Below are positions 25,101-39,100 of a stretch of DNA of 64,000 nt, piece after piece (position 1 is the first letter of the stretch; every line of letters starts with the position of its first letter). Below the pieces are notes generated by a model. The model worked only from the letters and a program-made list of their open reading frames with translations. It had not been told where the DNA came from and made no database searches. The position numbers and the translations under genes are program-made. Origin of the DNA: Sphagnum compactum (lineage: Eukaryota); the NCBI GenBank assembly GCA_965153455.1, contig OZ234494.1:12152001-12216000 (forward strand), in the 5' to 3' direction.

Positions 25101-27617
25101 AACCATTTGTTTGTAATATATTGTAGACTTTGGGTTATATATAGTATGCAAGTGTTATTTGCTTACATATGAGCTTATTCACGCTTGATGATATGGTGTT
25201 GTTTGTGATCCACAATCCATTTATTCAAGGTATTTTCCTCATTTTAATGGAGTCAAAATGTAAAATGATGCAAGTGAAACATTTTGCATTGACCTTCAAT
25301 TTTGTCTAGATATTTTCATTTGTTTAAATTGTTTGCAAATCAATGTCCCACAAACTAAAGCTCTATTATTAGATGGCAACATTTTGAATTATTTTGGTGT
25401 CAATATTCCTATAAACCTAGCAATTGCATTGTGATTGTTAAAATCATTATCATTGGAAGATTGGAATATTACAAATCTAACAACAAATCTCTGCATAGAT
25501 TGGTATGGCATTCAAAGCCCTTTAAAGTGCTTCTTACAAAGGCTTACTTTGAGCAATCTTATTCTTGGAAATGACTGCTTTGTGTCAATGATGCAAGTGA
25601 CTATGTAAAGTTTAATCTTAAATTTGACACTTGGGTGTATTTGTCAAAACTTGGACAAACTTCATTCAATTTGTGCCTTTAACCCCCTTGAACTTACAAA
25701 TTGCCTAGATTAATTTGTAATATTAAAAGTTAAAGAGAGAAATAATGAAAGGCTTGTCATATTCGCCATGCTTGGAAAACATGATTACGTTGTTAAATTG
25801 TTTGTTGAAGTTGCAAAACAAATAAGATATGTTGGTTTCATCACTAAAAATTATGTCCGTTGCAACCAAGGAAAGAATGACCACTTATCCTCAATGATTA
25901 TATTAATGATTACAAGATGAAATATATTACAACTTCATTATCTACATGTATTATGTAATAATCATAAATTATTCATTAATATGACCAATGGATGAAAATT
26001 GTGCATAATCCAAATACTTGATCTTATTTGTGTCTACCATATTTCATCCATTATGATTTTTAATAATTTGTTAGAGAGTAAGAAGTCAACGTGGATAATC
26101 TATCAATCATTTTTTAATAGGTGTATAATTTGCATCTTAATTATGATTATGATTTGACTATTTGAAATTACGTGGAAAATCTTGTAATGGCATCGAATCA
26201 TTTATTGATAATTTCTTATTTTTTGAATTTCCTAGGTCATTGGATAATGGGTCCCACTCTTCGATGTAACATCTAGAATTGCAACTTCAATTTTCTATGA
26301 CAAACATTATTTCCAAATGGACAACATGGCATTGTGTATGATTACAAAATGATTTACCTATGATGATGTGGCATGCAATTCCAATGAGTCATTGGAAATC
26401 ATTATGTAATGATCAATTTACATATAGTGATGTGACTATGAACCCAATTAAAGACTTAAGAATGACTAAAAAATGACTATTGCATCATGATGTGGATAGT
26501 AATTGAAATAACTTGGGAATTAATACAGAAGGACTTAATTGTAATGATACATGGATGGTTAATTATGTACAAAATTTTATAACCATTTTGGGAAAAGTTT
26601 GACATATGCGTCCATATTTATGATCTAGGGTTATTTTGATGTTTGAATTTTCAAAAAAATAGAAAAGCCACTTGCAACATGAAAAATAACCTTAAACCTT
26701 AATGTTTAAATAATACCTTTTGCCTTTTTCTGATTCATTTCATGTGTCTTAAACTATCATGTTGGTTTAAATCACCACATTTTGAAACATTGACATATTG
26801 TTGAACAATCTTTAAGCATGTGCCATGTTCCCATATTTTGCGTACATGTTCAACCAAGTGTCCCCATAAAATGAGATCTAAATCCCATCCACTTTCAAAT
26901 GTTTTGCTCATGAACATAAACTTGCCCCCTTCCAAGTATAATGACATCATTAACAAATGCATTTAGAAACCCCAAAAAAACAAAAGATTTGGTTGCACAT
27001 CTTACTATTGCATAACAAACAACAATCTAATTACAACTCTTTAACATTAAGATAGTCAAATAATAACTGTAACATAATAACAACAACACTAGATCAACAA
27101 CATCATTAAAAAAATACTAACATCAATATAACACCAATGATGCTTGCAACAACACATAATCCATGTTCAAATACATTGAATTGGATACAAATTCAATTGG
27201 ATTAAGATTCAATTCAATTGAAAAGAAATAAGATACATATTGCTACAAAAAGATGGTAAAAATTTGCTCATAACTATTATGTTTTTAAAAAACCTTTGAA
27301 AAGGCACAAATTTTAAAAAATAATTTGTTGTTCCTTTTTATTCGAAAATTGGTTAAATAGATTCCAAATTGAAATTGTCCAAAGGACACCTATGAAATTT
27401 TCTTACCCAAACTATTTTTAATGAATCATCATCATTGGAATTATGGTTGGATATATAACATGGCTTAGGTATGTGATTTACCCATGAACACTTGAAACAT
27501 TGCAATGCCTTGGGTTAAGTTGGGTCATTTTGTGGGATGCTAGTAAATTTTAATTATGATGTTAATATATTGGTACTTGGTGAGATTAATTACCTTAAAA
27601 TGTCAATTGCATATGCC

Positions 27618-28224
27618 TTACCTTAAGGTCAACTTCGTCATTAAATAATCCTCAAAATAGTGAAATGAAAATTTGTGAAAATATGAAGTTGACATGTTGA
27701 AAATCATCATAATTATCATAGGCTGCACTCTGAATAGTTTCAATACTCATATCACAATATTATAGTCGATGATGAAAATTATATAATTTCAATTTAAAAA
27801 AATGATCATAAATTATATGATTCAAAAAATTCATGAATTCCCTTTTTTGAAAAAAAAATCGTTTTGTTAATGTGGAAATTGACCCTAGGCTATGCTATTA
27901 GACGAAATAATATTTGAAGACTCTACTTCATCCAAAGTATAGTGTAGAGGCTATTATCGTTAACCTATGGTCAGCTTCCATGTTAAGAAGATGACAATAT
28001 TTTTTTTTCCAAAAAGAAATTGTTTGTAATATTTGATTTTTTTTCCCCTCATGATTTACTATGATATTGTTATATGAGGAGTGAAAATTATTCAGCTTGT
28101 AGCTTGTGATAATTATGATAATTTTCCACACCTAAGCTTTATATTTTCACGAAAATTCATTTCACTATTTTAAGGTGAAAAATTAATTTTCCACTATTTA
28201 ATGTCAAAACTGACCCTAGGGTAA
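27618..28224. mobile_element. Inverted pair of ~270-bp MITE-like units (foldback structure)
   Basis: 27618-27892 aligns with the reverse complement of 27961-28224 along its length. Each unit is itself bounded by CCTAGGGTCA(A/G)-like terminal inverted repeats. Confidence 0.7.
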
Positions 28225-28699
28225 AAGTAAACTGCATTTGGTGGACCTAGGGAATAGCCCTAAATGCCCTTCCATGTTTTGAGGTGCCTAGGCCCGAGGG
28301 CAGGAACCCGATTGCTGGGTACCCCAAAAAAAAAACATGGAAGGACCCAAAGGGCTACCCTTCTCTTGCATAAAGCACTAGTTTGGGTTAATAATAATAA
28401 TAAAAATAATAAAAATAAATAAAAATACTAATTTAATTTTTTTTGGGGGTGGGGTGCTTTTATTTATCTTTCTCTTTAAAAAAAAGAAGAAAAGAAGTCT
28501 TTCTATGTATCCTTGCACCAATGTCAATTGGTTTTTCTCAATAAAGAAAAGCTTTGAAATATAAGGAAATATGCTGGAAAGGAGGAAAAAGAAAAAGGTC
28601 AAGAAGAAAATGTAGGTACAAAGTGAAAGAAACTTTCCAACTTGCAAGAAATCCCTCCAAAAAAAAATCTACTATGCTTGACCATGATTGTCAAATGAC

Positions 28700-28875
28700 A
28701 AAGAGAGAAATTTATTATAAAAAAAAAGAAAAAAAAAAGCAAAAAAAAGCCAGTATTTTACTTGTGGCAAAATTGACAATGGTTGTCAAATAACAAAGAG
28801 AGAAATTCATAAAAAAAAATTTTTTTTGAAAAAAAAAGAAAAAAGAAAAAAGCCAGTATTTTACTTGTGGCAAAA
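28700..28875 (+). repeat. Imperfect ~95-bp tandem duplication with A-tracts
   Basis: AAAGAGAGAAATT...(A-rich)...AGCCAGTATTTTACTTGTGGCAAAA occurs twice. Confidence 0.8.
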
Positions 28876-29626
28876 GGGTTCTTCATGGATGATATCTGAA
28901 AACCCTCTTGCTCTTGGATGACAAATAGGAAATCTCAAAATCAAGCCCCCACCCTCATGGATGATATCTCCAAAGAATCAACCGGTCGGTGATCGCGTCC
29001 GTTGTTTATGGACCGGGTAACCGGCCAGAGGCCGCAGGTTACACAAGGACATGACCTCGGCGCAGCAGGTGGTTATGTCCGGTTACCAACGACCTCAAGC
29101 CGGTTACCGGACATAAACCACTGACATAATTTGGAATATGTCACCTTGGGGAGCGGAAAAGGACAAGATTTTGCTTCCAAAGGAAGGAATGTAGGTAGTG
29201 TACCTTCTTTCTTCCAATGTACTTGCAAAAGACCCATTTTACCAAAAGAAAAAGGAAAAAAAAGAAAAGAAAGGAAAAATTAGGTCAGGGTTTTAGGGTT
29301 TTTACCAAAAGCGGGGTCTACTTTGGGTTGCCCCACAACAGGGGGGGAAGGGGCCCACTTTGGTTTGGTTTGGTTTGGTTTGGTTTCCAAAAGAGGTGGG
29401 CCGGCGGCTGTTTGCATTTTTTGGAATGTGATTTTTGTGGTTGGTTCCATTTGCACGTCCCAACCAAAACTAGAAAAGCGTAAAGGTCGTATCTGGTCTA
29501 CAGTTTCATCACCTTTTCGACGTGCCATTTCAGCATTGCACCGAGATGTCATAATTATTGTTCCACCAATGAAGATCCGACACGTCAAAAAGTTACGTCA
29601 TTTGGGATCTCTCCCTCCTCCTCCTC

Positions 29627-29829
29627 CTCTCTCTCTCTCTCTCTCTCTCTCTCATCCCGCCAGCTCTTCTTCGTGTTTTCGGTCGCGTTTTGTGCTTTCC
29701 CGAAAGCTTTCTTCCTTCGCTCATTGTTGCAGGAAAAACCTTCGGCCATGACGGGCCATTTTTAGGGTTCCTGTTTCTTCTTCTCTGTAGGCGGAAGGAA
29801 GACTGGAGAGGCAGGCAGCGGCGAGTCGC

Positions 29830-29857
<28 letters not shown>
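29627..29857. repeat. (CT)n and (GA)n microsatellites in the CLPTM1 leader/promoter
   Basis: CT run at ~29627-29652 and GA run at ~29829-29857. Confidence 0.85.
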
Positions 29858-29862
<5 letters not shown>

Positions 29863-29885
29863 AATAAAAACACGGAGTCACGGAG

Positions 29886-32800
29886 ATGGCGCCACCAGCA
29901 GGAGGAGTAGGCACGCAAGTGGCTGCTGCTGGGACGGCTCAGCAGCAGCCGGCTCAGCAAGGGTTAGGGCAAGTTCTGTTCGGGGTTGTGCGTATGGGGA
30001 TGTTTTGGTACTTTGCCATGCAGATGTTTGGAGGGAGCAAGAAAGTCACCAATCCTGCTCTGCTTACCAACAACTTGTTCAGCAAGGGCGAGGATCTGGT
30101 ACTTTTTTTTCCCCCCCCTTCCTTTCCTGGCTGCTGTCTTTCTGGCTTGATGTTCTAGGGTTTTTCTCCTGCTTCATGTGGCGGTAGTTATCGGTTGTGC
30201 TGTAGATACTATGGTGATCGCTGCATTGGCAATCATTTTAGCTCAAGTGTGCCATCTTCAATATGGCGCTGCCCAATGTGATCCCCTTTCTGCAATCAAT
30301 AGCAGAAGACAAATCATACTCTAGTAGAAGATACTTCTTTAGCTGCTTTTTGTCTTCTACAACTGGGAACTTGCTGTAGAAGATCTGGTGTGTCTCCCTG
30401 TGATTGTGATGTTGTTTCAAAGTTGGGATTGCAGCTGTAGAATCTTCCCAAGGTGATGTTGTCCAAAGGCATGGAATTAGTGTGTTGAAGTCTTTGTTAG
30501 TTGTCTTCAGGATGATGCAGGCATTCACAATTCTACCCTTGAATTCATGGTGTGTATTATTGTGGGCAGGATGTATGGCTATACGTTTCAGAGGCTCCCA
30601 AATTCACAGACTTTGGTAATGAGGCAGCACTAGTTTGGCATGAAACAAATGTTCCTTATGCAGTTTGGACGCCCAACAGTGTGCGCCGCAAACACTTTGT
30701 GTACCATCCATCTGAGGTACCACACAACCACACAACCATAGGTTTCCAATTCTGAACAATTCTGAGCTTTATTACCCCTATGACACAACAGATTTACTAT
30801 CCTTCTTGTCTTCTGCAAGATTGCTTGGACTAGTTCTGCTGCAGCATATTATATCAAGAACAGACTTTCCTGTCTTGGAACGTATTTGACATGTGTAGGG
30901 TTAAGGATGATTTGTTTTATTGGTACACAGCACACATCAGAATCTAAACCCTCTGGATAGGGTTTTCTGTGTTTTCTTGACTTGAGAGACAATGGGATTA
31001 TTTGTGGTTGAGTGTTAGTAATACTTGAATCAGTTTATTGCCATACTCGCCTCTTGATTTTGGACTCTTCCTGAACATTTGAGTGGGGATAGTTGTAACT
31101 TGTCATTGATGGACAACATCAAAGTGACTGTGATGAGGCCTGGCTGCAGGAGGTGAAGCATAATGGCAGTTTATATGCACATGTCTTCGTTGCACGGGCG
31201 GGGTTTTCTGCAGACCCCAGTGATCCTGAGTATGATCAAACTGCCTCCTTCAGTAGGACCCATTGTGAGTTCTCTTCTGTGGTTTGCATCACAAAAGTCT
31301 CTGTACTAGTTATAATCAAAGTGGGTCTGTCCAGTAGTCCAGATTGCAGCTTTTTGTTTGATGGTGAATTAAACACTGCACTTGAGATTCCTTTCATTGT
31401 GTCATGTCTTCTGGAATATAGTCACTTCCCAGAAAATTGTGCTTAACAAAATACAAAGCCAAGATGTTGTTTTTCTAGTGAACAAAGTTTTCTCATTAGT
31501 TGGTTGAACAGGGCTTCCGATTATTTGACTTGCTTATCTAAGATCAATGGTCTTTTCACAATGGTGGAATGTGAGCTGGACATATAGATTGCAGATGAAG
31601 TATGTGCACTAATTTGCACCCGTTTCTAGAATTGAATCTACTTCTCTCAATTGAATGGGTTCTCCCCCCTGACCCAAGAGACCACCTGAAATTTTGATGT
31701 TTTGGTTTATGCAGCACTTGTGGTATACCTCCCAAAGCCAAAAATTGACAAGCGCAAAAAATTGTGGTCAAAGAATGAGGAGGGAACAGAGCAAGAAGCT
31801 GCTCAAGTACTCTCCTGTGCCTTTGCTACAGTGTTGAGACCATGTATGTTCGGTGAAGAGAAATAGGATACTGGGTTATTTCTCTTTAGTAACAAATAGT
31901 GTGGCTTTCCACTTCATTTCTGCTTATATGTTATTCTACTTTCATGTTTGTGGAACAGGTGTTCTTGGAGTCAACAAGAGAAGAAGAGGAAGAAGCTCCC
32001 CCAGATTGGATATCATTCTGGAAGCCAAATATGACCATCAACTTTGTGGATGATTTCACAAAGTATGACTTCCTGCATGCCTGAAGTCTGGCAGTAGCAT
32101 TTGTTGCAACATGAGCATTGTCCTCTCATTTGGTTGATGTCAGTGAACTACATGTGAAACTTTTCTGCCTTAGCCTAAACCCTTCCTACCAGCTGCAGTA
32201 GGATGAGTTTTGGGTTGACATGCATGGTTGATCAGTTGAGTAATCTGCCTCCAAAACAGGAGCTGAATCGTTGTCATTACCTGTGAAAATTGTGTGGTCC
32301 TTATTGCAGATATCCTATAGGTGGTGCCCCAGCCACAATTGCTGAACGTATCCACCCTTGCCTAATGTTTTATCACAGTCTGTGAAGGGGTCTGGCAATT
32401 GTCTTAGGACGTGTACGTTTCTTGTTTGTTTTTTTGAAGAGTGTTGAGGGAACTTCTGAATTGAAACACAGGGAAATGATGAAAATATTTCAGGACCACA
32501 ATCAATTCTATTCCTAGGTGAAATTGTGAAAACAAAAATGCTTCCTTAAGTGGGAGTCACAGACTTTCACTATGAGGAGACAACTGGGAATTACTTCCCT
32601 ACTGTGTACTTCAATGAGTTCTGGCTGCTGAAGGACAAGCTAATTGCCATCAATGAAACAGTTAATGAACTTCAATTGGACCTTGAGCTGGGTCCAATCA
32701 GTCTGACTCGCTGGCAGCTGTATCTTCAAGTTGATCAATCCTTCAAAATGCAGCACTCTTACGGCAGCATGCTTGAAGGAGAGGCTGATGAGCTTAAGGT

Positions 32801-34875
32801 ATGCAGACACATCAGAGAGTGAGGAAAACTTAGTACAGGGTTAATGAGCAGAAATGCCTAGATTGTATGAGTTGGTAAGAATATTTATTTCACCCTTGTG
32901 GGGCTGGTTTATACAATGTGTGTATTGCAAACTTTTTGATAGCTCTGTGAGTGCTAAGTGATTGGCATCCTGAACTGGCAGAGGGTCTTCCTTGAAGGGA
33001 ATCCATATCTACTTGCTGTTACTATGGCTGTCTCCCTCCTACACACAGTTTTTGATTTCCTGGCCTTCAAGAATGGTAAGTGTGATCTCTTCATGGATCT
33101 GTTCCTTTCATGTTTCTATTCATATTTCATTTTTTATGATGTTACAGGAACATGGCCCAAGACCTGCCAGTCTCCTATTGATGCTTTGTCATATCATCTG
33201 ATGCAGACATCCAGTTTTGGAACAAGAATAAGTCCATGGAGGGTTTATCAGCTCGGTCAGTGGTGATCAACTTCTTCTGCCAACTCATAGTGTTTCTGTA
33301 CTTGCTGGACAATGATACATCATGGATGATTCTTCTGAGTGCTGGCATGGGCTGCTGTATTGAGTTTTGGAAGATTGGCAAGGCCATGCATATTGAGGTC
33401 TTTTTCTCTCAGATTTGTGTTGATAATTGTATATCCTGTTTTTTGCTCTGTTTCTTGCACATGAGCATTTCTTGCAACAGATGTGCAATGAAGAACTGGA
33501 TGTTTAAATTTGTACAGGTGGACCGCAGCAGGGGTTTTCCTCTCCTCAGGTTCAGGGACAGAGAATCTTATGCGGGAAATAAGACAAAGGAGTATGATGA
33601 TCTGGCAATGCGATATTTCTCCTATGTGTTATACCCATTGGTGGCGTGTTTTGCCATATACTCTCTGATTTATGAACAACACAAGAGCTGGTACTCTTGG
33701 ATTCTGTCATCACTTACAAGCTGTGTCTACATGTTTGGTAAGTGACTCAGCTCCAGCGTATTATTCTTTCTTGCATTTTACCTTCAGAGGCCATTTGATC
33801 ACCTGGATTTCATGGGTGTGGAGAACCAGGATTCAACTGTAGCTGTGATTTTGCCTGTATTTTGGAACAGGTTTCATCATGATGTGTCCACAGCTATTCA
33901 TCAACTACAAGCTGAAATCAGTGGCTCATATGCCATGGCGTCAAATGACCTACAAGTTCCTCAACACAATTATTGATGACCTGTTTGCATTTGTCATCAA
34001 GATGCCAACTCTTCATCGCCTTTCTGTGTTCCGAGATGGTATGTGTTTTATTTTCGCTCCTGGAAGCTTCTTATTTTCCCCTTTTTTTCTGTACAATTTT
34101 GTTTAAGTTATTTCCAGGAGGTTGAGAAATTGAGATCAAAATGTAACAGTACTTCTGGTGGCACCATGTATCCTACAAATGTTTTGCTCCTGGAAGCTTC
34201 CTATATTCCCCTTTTTGCTGTAGAATTTTGTTTAAATTATTTTTCCAGGAGGTCGTGAAAATAAGAGATTAAAATGTAACAGTACTTCTGGTGGTACCAT
34301 GTATCCTACAAATGAATCTTTGTATATAGGCATGGCTACTGCAGGCAAACCCACCAGACTGATGGTTTGCAGCTGAAGGTGGTAGGAAACTCTTAGCATG
34401 AGGGCTCCTTACCAAGAGACGAGTTCGTTCAAGTTTGCGCCAAGAAAGACTGAAGCTTGACTATTATTTTGAGTTGTAACAAGTTTTAAGCTGTTCATTA
34501 GTCCACTAATCTTAGACCTGAATTCTGTCTTATCTGATGAGGGGTGTTATTTTGGTGCTTGCAGATTTGGTCTTTCTTGTCTATTTGTATCAGCGTTGGG
34601 TGTACCCAGTAGACAAGAAGCGTGTCAATGAGTTTGGTTTTGGAGGAACTGATGCAACTGAGGAGGAAGGTGTCAAGCTTCTAGAAGGGGAGGCAAAAGC
34701 TGGAGATATGGTGGAAGGAGATAGAATGGGGGAAAGAAAACAAGAGCGTTTGAGATCAGGTATTACAGAGGAGCAGGTCAGCCAGACAGCAGCAGGAAGG
34801 AAAGTTATTAAGGCAGGTACTTCTGTAGGGTCAGGTAGTAAAAGTCCTGCTAAAGATGATAAGAAGAGGTCATAG
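29886..34875 (+). CDS. CLPTM1: CLPTM1-family (cleft lip and palate transmembrane protein 1-like) membrane protein, 12 exons, ~642 aa
   Basis: Exons are 29886-30098, 30570-30716, 31150-31264, 31715-31806, 31959-32062, 32310-32347, 32563-32798, 32982-33075, 33207-33397, 33518-33737, 33871-34038 and 34565-34875; introns are GT-AG and the frame closes. Motifs are HNGSLYAHVF, YFNEFWLL, FDFLAFKNDIQFW, MEGLS, PQLFINYKLKSVAH, YKFLNTIIDDLFAFVIKMPTLHRL and YQRWVYPVDKKRVNEFG. The C-terminal KKRS fits a KKXX ER-retrieval signal. Confidence 0.95.
34051..34314 (+). repeat. ~132-bp imperfect tandem duplication in CLPTM1 intron 11
   Basis: 34051-34181 and 34182-34314 share GCTCCTGGAAGCTTC...AAAATGTAACAGTACTTCTGGTGG.ACCATGTATCCTACAAATG. 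Confidence 0.9.
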
Positions 34876-36180
34876 TGAATTATGTTTAGTTCATTCTTGT
34901 TTGATTAATGTTATATGGAGAACTATCTCAAAAGCACACTTACTAAACATTTCCAATTTTCACACTTTACATGTCTCATGTAGATGTAGAGCTCTCAAGT
35001 TATAACAGGGATGGAGCTGAGATTAGGCGTTCATGCCTGACTGGGCAGTATTCGTGTTTTGAGGCAATTTCATTCTGAAAAATTATACTTTTTTTCTGTC
35101 AGGAATCATTTGAAATTGCAGGCATTATTTGGAATTTATCTTCATGGCCAACTATACTCATAGTCCACACAGAATCATTTGAAATTTCTGATTTTTTCAT
35201 ACCCAGTGAAAGTCGATGGTCTTATTATGTCTGGATAAGCACAAACAAGTTGTTTTCACACACTAAATTATAGATGAAAAGTTGAGTAAGCATGTCCAAT
35301 TGAATTTCATCGACTATGCAAATTGTTTGATGCTAATGATAAAAAACATCACGCACAGTTTCATGCTGTTTATGAAATCAAAACGGACAGAAATTGGTTG
35401 ATCATAAAAAAGTGCAGGCACACCTGTATGTAATAAGTCTCCTCAAATCTGGTAGTCAAAATTTGACACTATAAAGCATCATGAGTCAGATGCAACCCAA
35501 CCAAGGTCAATACAACTCATAACCTTCTTTGTCGGAGTACACCTCAAATAAACTCACATTGCTGCAGGCTTTCGACTCACTGATCTATTAAACCTGTTTG
35601 AAGCTGAAACAGAACTTTCAACTTTACTGGATCTGATAACCCATTTGAATCTGTAACAGTACAAATTCTACTCATCCCAGTTGGCTCAATCCCACTGGTA
35701 GTTGTCGGGTCATAAGAGGAGGGGCTACTCACAGGGTTTGTTTACCTCCTATTATTTTCTAGCAACAATGGATATGAATACAAGAATACAGCAAATTCTA
35801 TCTACCAAAGGTAGCATAATTCTCTTGGGTTTTGTCAGGTCATTAGGAAAGGAGGGGCTAGTATGTATTTGTTAAGCTTTTATGGTTCTATAAGAACAGT
35901 GGAAAAAAATGAGGAGGTCACTTGGTCAGTTGTAAGATGGCAGGAATTTTATGGGTATGAGATAACCACAAGTTTTGAGACTACTAAGGCTACTACTACT
36001 CACAGGGTTTGTTCAACTTTTATGATTCTACAACAATGGACAGATTAGTAGGGCTACTACTCACAGGTTTTGTTAAACTTGTATGCTCCTACAACAATAG
36101 AGAAAGGTGAGAAAATCATCACTAGGTCAATTCTTGGATAGCTTCTTTTTTTGTTATGAAGAGAGGTACAGGCTTTGAGG

Positions 36181-39100
36181 TTAGTCATAGGGGTTGCGAA
36201 ACCTTTTAAGCAGCTCTGGAATATCATAGCCTAGCATGTCATCCACTGCCTGAAACATCTTGGGTTTTGGCTTTTCAAACTTGTCAATGTTGTAGCCTGC
36301 CAAAGTCTCCCTGTAATGCTCCAAACTAGGAAAGTCTCCTGGAGGCAAATGGTACTCTCGCTGGACCTGATGAAGGGCACAACCAGTAGGGTTATTATAA
36401 CAAATAAGTCAAATTCAAAACACAGTGCCCATCTACAGCTTGTCCCTGTGCCCATGAGCTTACTGCAGAGCTAAAGATAAGAGCACGGATGAATTCAGGA
36501 AACATGATAAGGAATTGAAATTGTGAAGTGGAGAAAAATCCAGATGAAGAAGCTTCAATGTATGTAAGCTAGGAGTAGTATGTGAGAATAGGAACCTTGG
36601 CAAACTCATCCTCCAAATTATCAATCAAGCGTTGCTGGGCCTTTTGTTTGCCCATCATTGTTGGCATCTCCTTCTTCAAGTGGCCTATGATGTAGGCATG
36701 GATTTTGGCTTGTCGAGCTCGTTTCACAAATTCATTGATCTGGACCCACCTATGCCCTCACATCGTCACAGGTCCATGCAATCTAACCACCATCCTCACT
36801 CCTGAGAATTTTGCAACAAATTTTAAGGTGTAGAAAGACTTACCCTTCTATCACATGACTTCCTGGGGATGTCCTTGAGATCAGCCAGCAGGTCATTTTG
36901 TTCTCTCTCAAAAAGCTCCCTTCCAATTGGGCCTATCTTTTGCTCGTTGATTGGCTTATCATTGAAGGATCTGTCATACCAAAAGAAGCCATGTTCCAGT
37001 CAACTTCCACCCAGACATTATATCCAACATTCTGGAGGCACAATCAAGCACTGAAACTATATGAATACAATGATCAACTTTCAGCCCTTTTATCTCCTCA
37101 AATGAATTTCTTGTTCTGTGATGAGTGTTACTGTCCTCCCTAATTACTGGGCAAGAGAGTTAAAAAAACAGACCCAATGTAGACACGCATTACTTCTGGT
37201 GTATTGATCACCTTGCCCAGTGACCACATGAGCGCACCATACACTCTCATCAGCTGCACAACCAGCACCACATCTGTCATCATGTTTCTTGCCCTTTCCT
37301 GGAACATATTGATGAATTGCAGAGAAACCTCCACAACCAACAATTTGAATTTAAAACCACACTGAGTGAAGTCATAACCTTATGCTCACTAAGTGTCAGA
37401 CCATCACCTTCATCACCAATAGCAGTGCCGAGCTGCTATGACTACCCACTAACTTCATCAGCCCACAGCAGTGGGTGTAGACAAGTATATGAAAATCTGC
37501 CCAAAATATTTTTCCCTTTCTCTCCTCAACACAAAAGTCCAGAGCCTGTCCTTCTCTCATTCAAAGGAAAGAGAGATCCCTTATATGTAGTATACATGTC
37601 TTACCATTGAGATACTCTGCTCTAATTGCAAATCTACTCCTAGAGTTTGAGGTGGATAATCCCCAAAGTCCAAATACCACTGAATCAAGCTACAAACAAA
37701 TGCAGCATTAAAAAAGGCTTCTACACAACCATTGCAACAGTAAATTACATCATGACAAGCATGACTTGTGAAGTCTATATCAAGGGAGAGGGTAGGCACT
37801 ACATACAAGTACCTTCTCCAGACACAGAATGAGGTTCAAGAAGGAGAACATCACATACTTGTTGGGTATCAACTTGATCAGCTTTGTTCAGGACAACACG
37901 AATCTTGTCATCATGACCACGCAAGGAGGTGATAACCCGTTTGAATTCATCACTGATATCCAACTTATGTGGGTCAAAAAGTAGCAGTATAAGGTCACAT
38001 TTTGCAGCAAACCAGGATGTGACACCTGTAAAATCGTAGCTTCGTTGCGTCCGCTGCTTCTCTCCAGAGAGCACCCCTGGTGTATCCACAAATGTGATAT
38101 GCTCCAGCAACTGGCCCAACCCAGTCCCCTTTGTCAATCCATCTTAAAATAACACTAACCACCATATCATTCTTCAGACACCTGGACAGGAGGCTTGTTA
38201 AGCAAGTGCTCTTACCACTATTCTCAGATAACTTGAATGAGCACACCAATGCACACATGACTAAATAGCCTGCTCACAACTTAATCTCCATTTCTCAGTT
38301 CCATACTCTATGCCAGGACTCCAAGAAAATTGAAAACATATGGTGAGCTCAGACAAATTCAAAGAGAAATATTCAAAGAGAAACTTCCCAAAAGCAAGGA
38401 GTGACTAAATGAATTAGAAATTAACTGAACAACATTGATGCATGTAGTGTTTCCTTTAAAGTAATATTGCACTGAAATAAGACACATTTTTGCAAATGTG
38501 TGCTTACAGGATGTGGCATGAGAGAGCACTCAAACTTGGAAAGGAAAGCTGTGCCAAACTTGCTGAGGCCACTAAATGGCATATCTGCTTGCACTGCAAT
38601 TGTGTTGCCAGGAACACTACGCTCATCTGTTCCTCCCTGCCTCAACCAATGATCCATCCTTTACAGGCATTGAGATTGCAAGGGAAACTAATGAGTACAG
38701 CAACTTTACACTGAACTGCTTTGAAAGATATGCTCTAGATGCAATGACTGACACTGAAAATGAGTACCCACCATGACAACGACAAAACGGTCGGTTGTAG
38801 GCTCGGGACCAATATGTGCTCCTGACATAGCAATCCCCAAAGCCAATTAGCATGTGTGTTGCATCTTATAGTAGTTTAGAGAACTACAGACCAAGGCAAA
38901 AGAGAACCAAACATCTTGTTTCCTGTACCTGGGTAACTAGTCTGTAGAAGATGCTTGATGAAAGTGGTTTTGCCTGTTGAATATTGGCCCAGGAGCATCA
39001 CCTGAGGCTTGGCATCGAAGTCACTTGCAGTCTGTGTGATTTACCCACAACTGCCCATGTAAGCCTGCCAAAAAATCCTTGCAAATGAAGAAGATGACAA

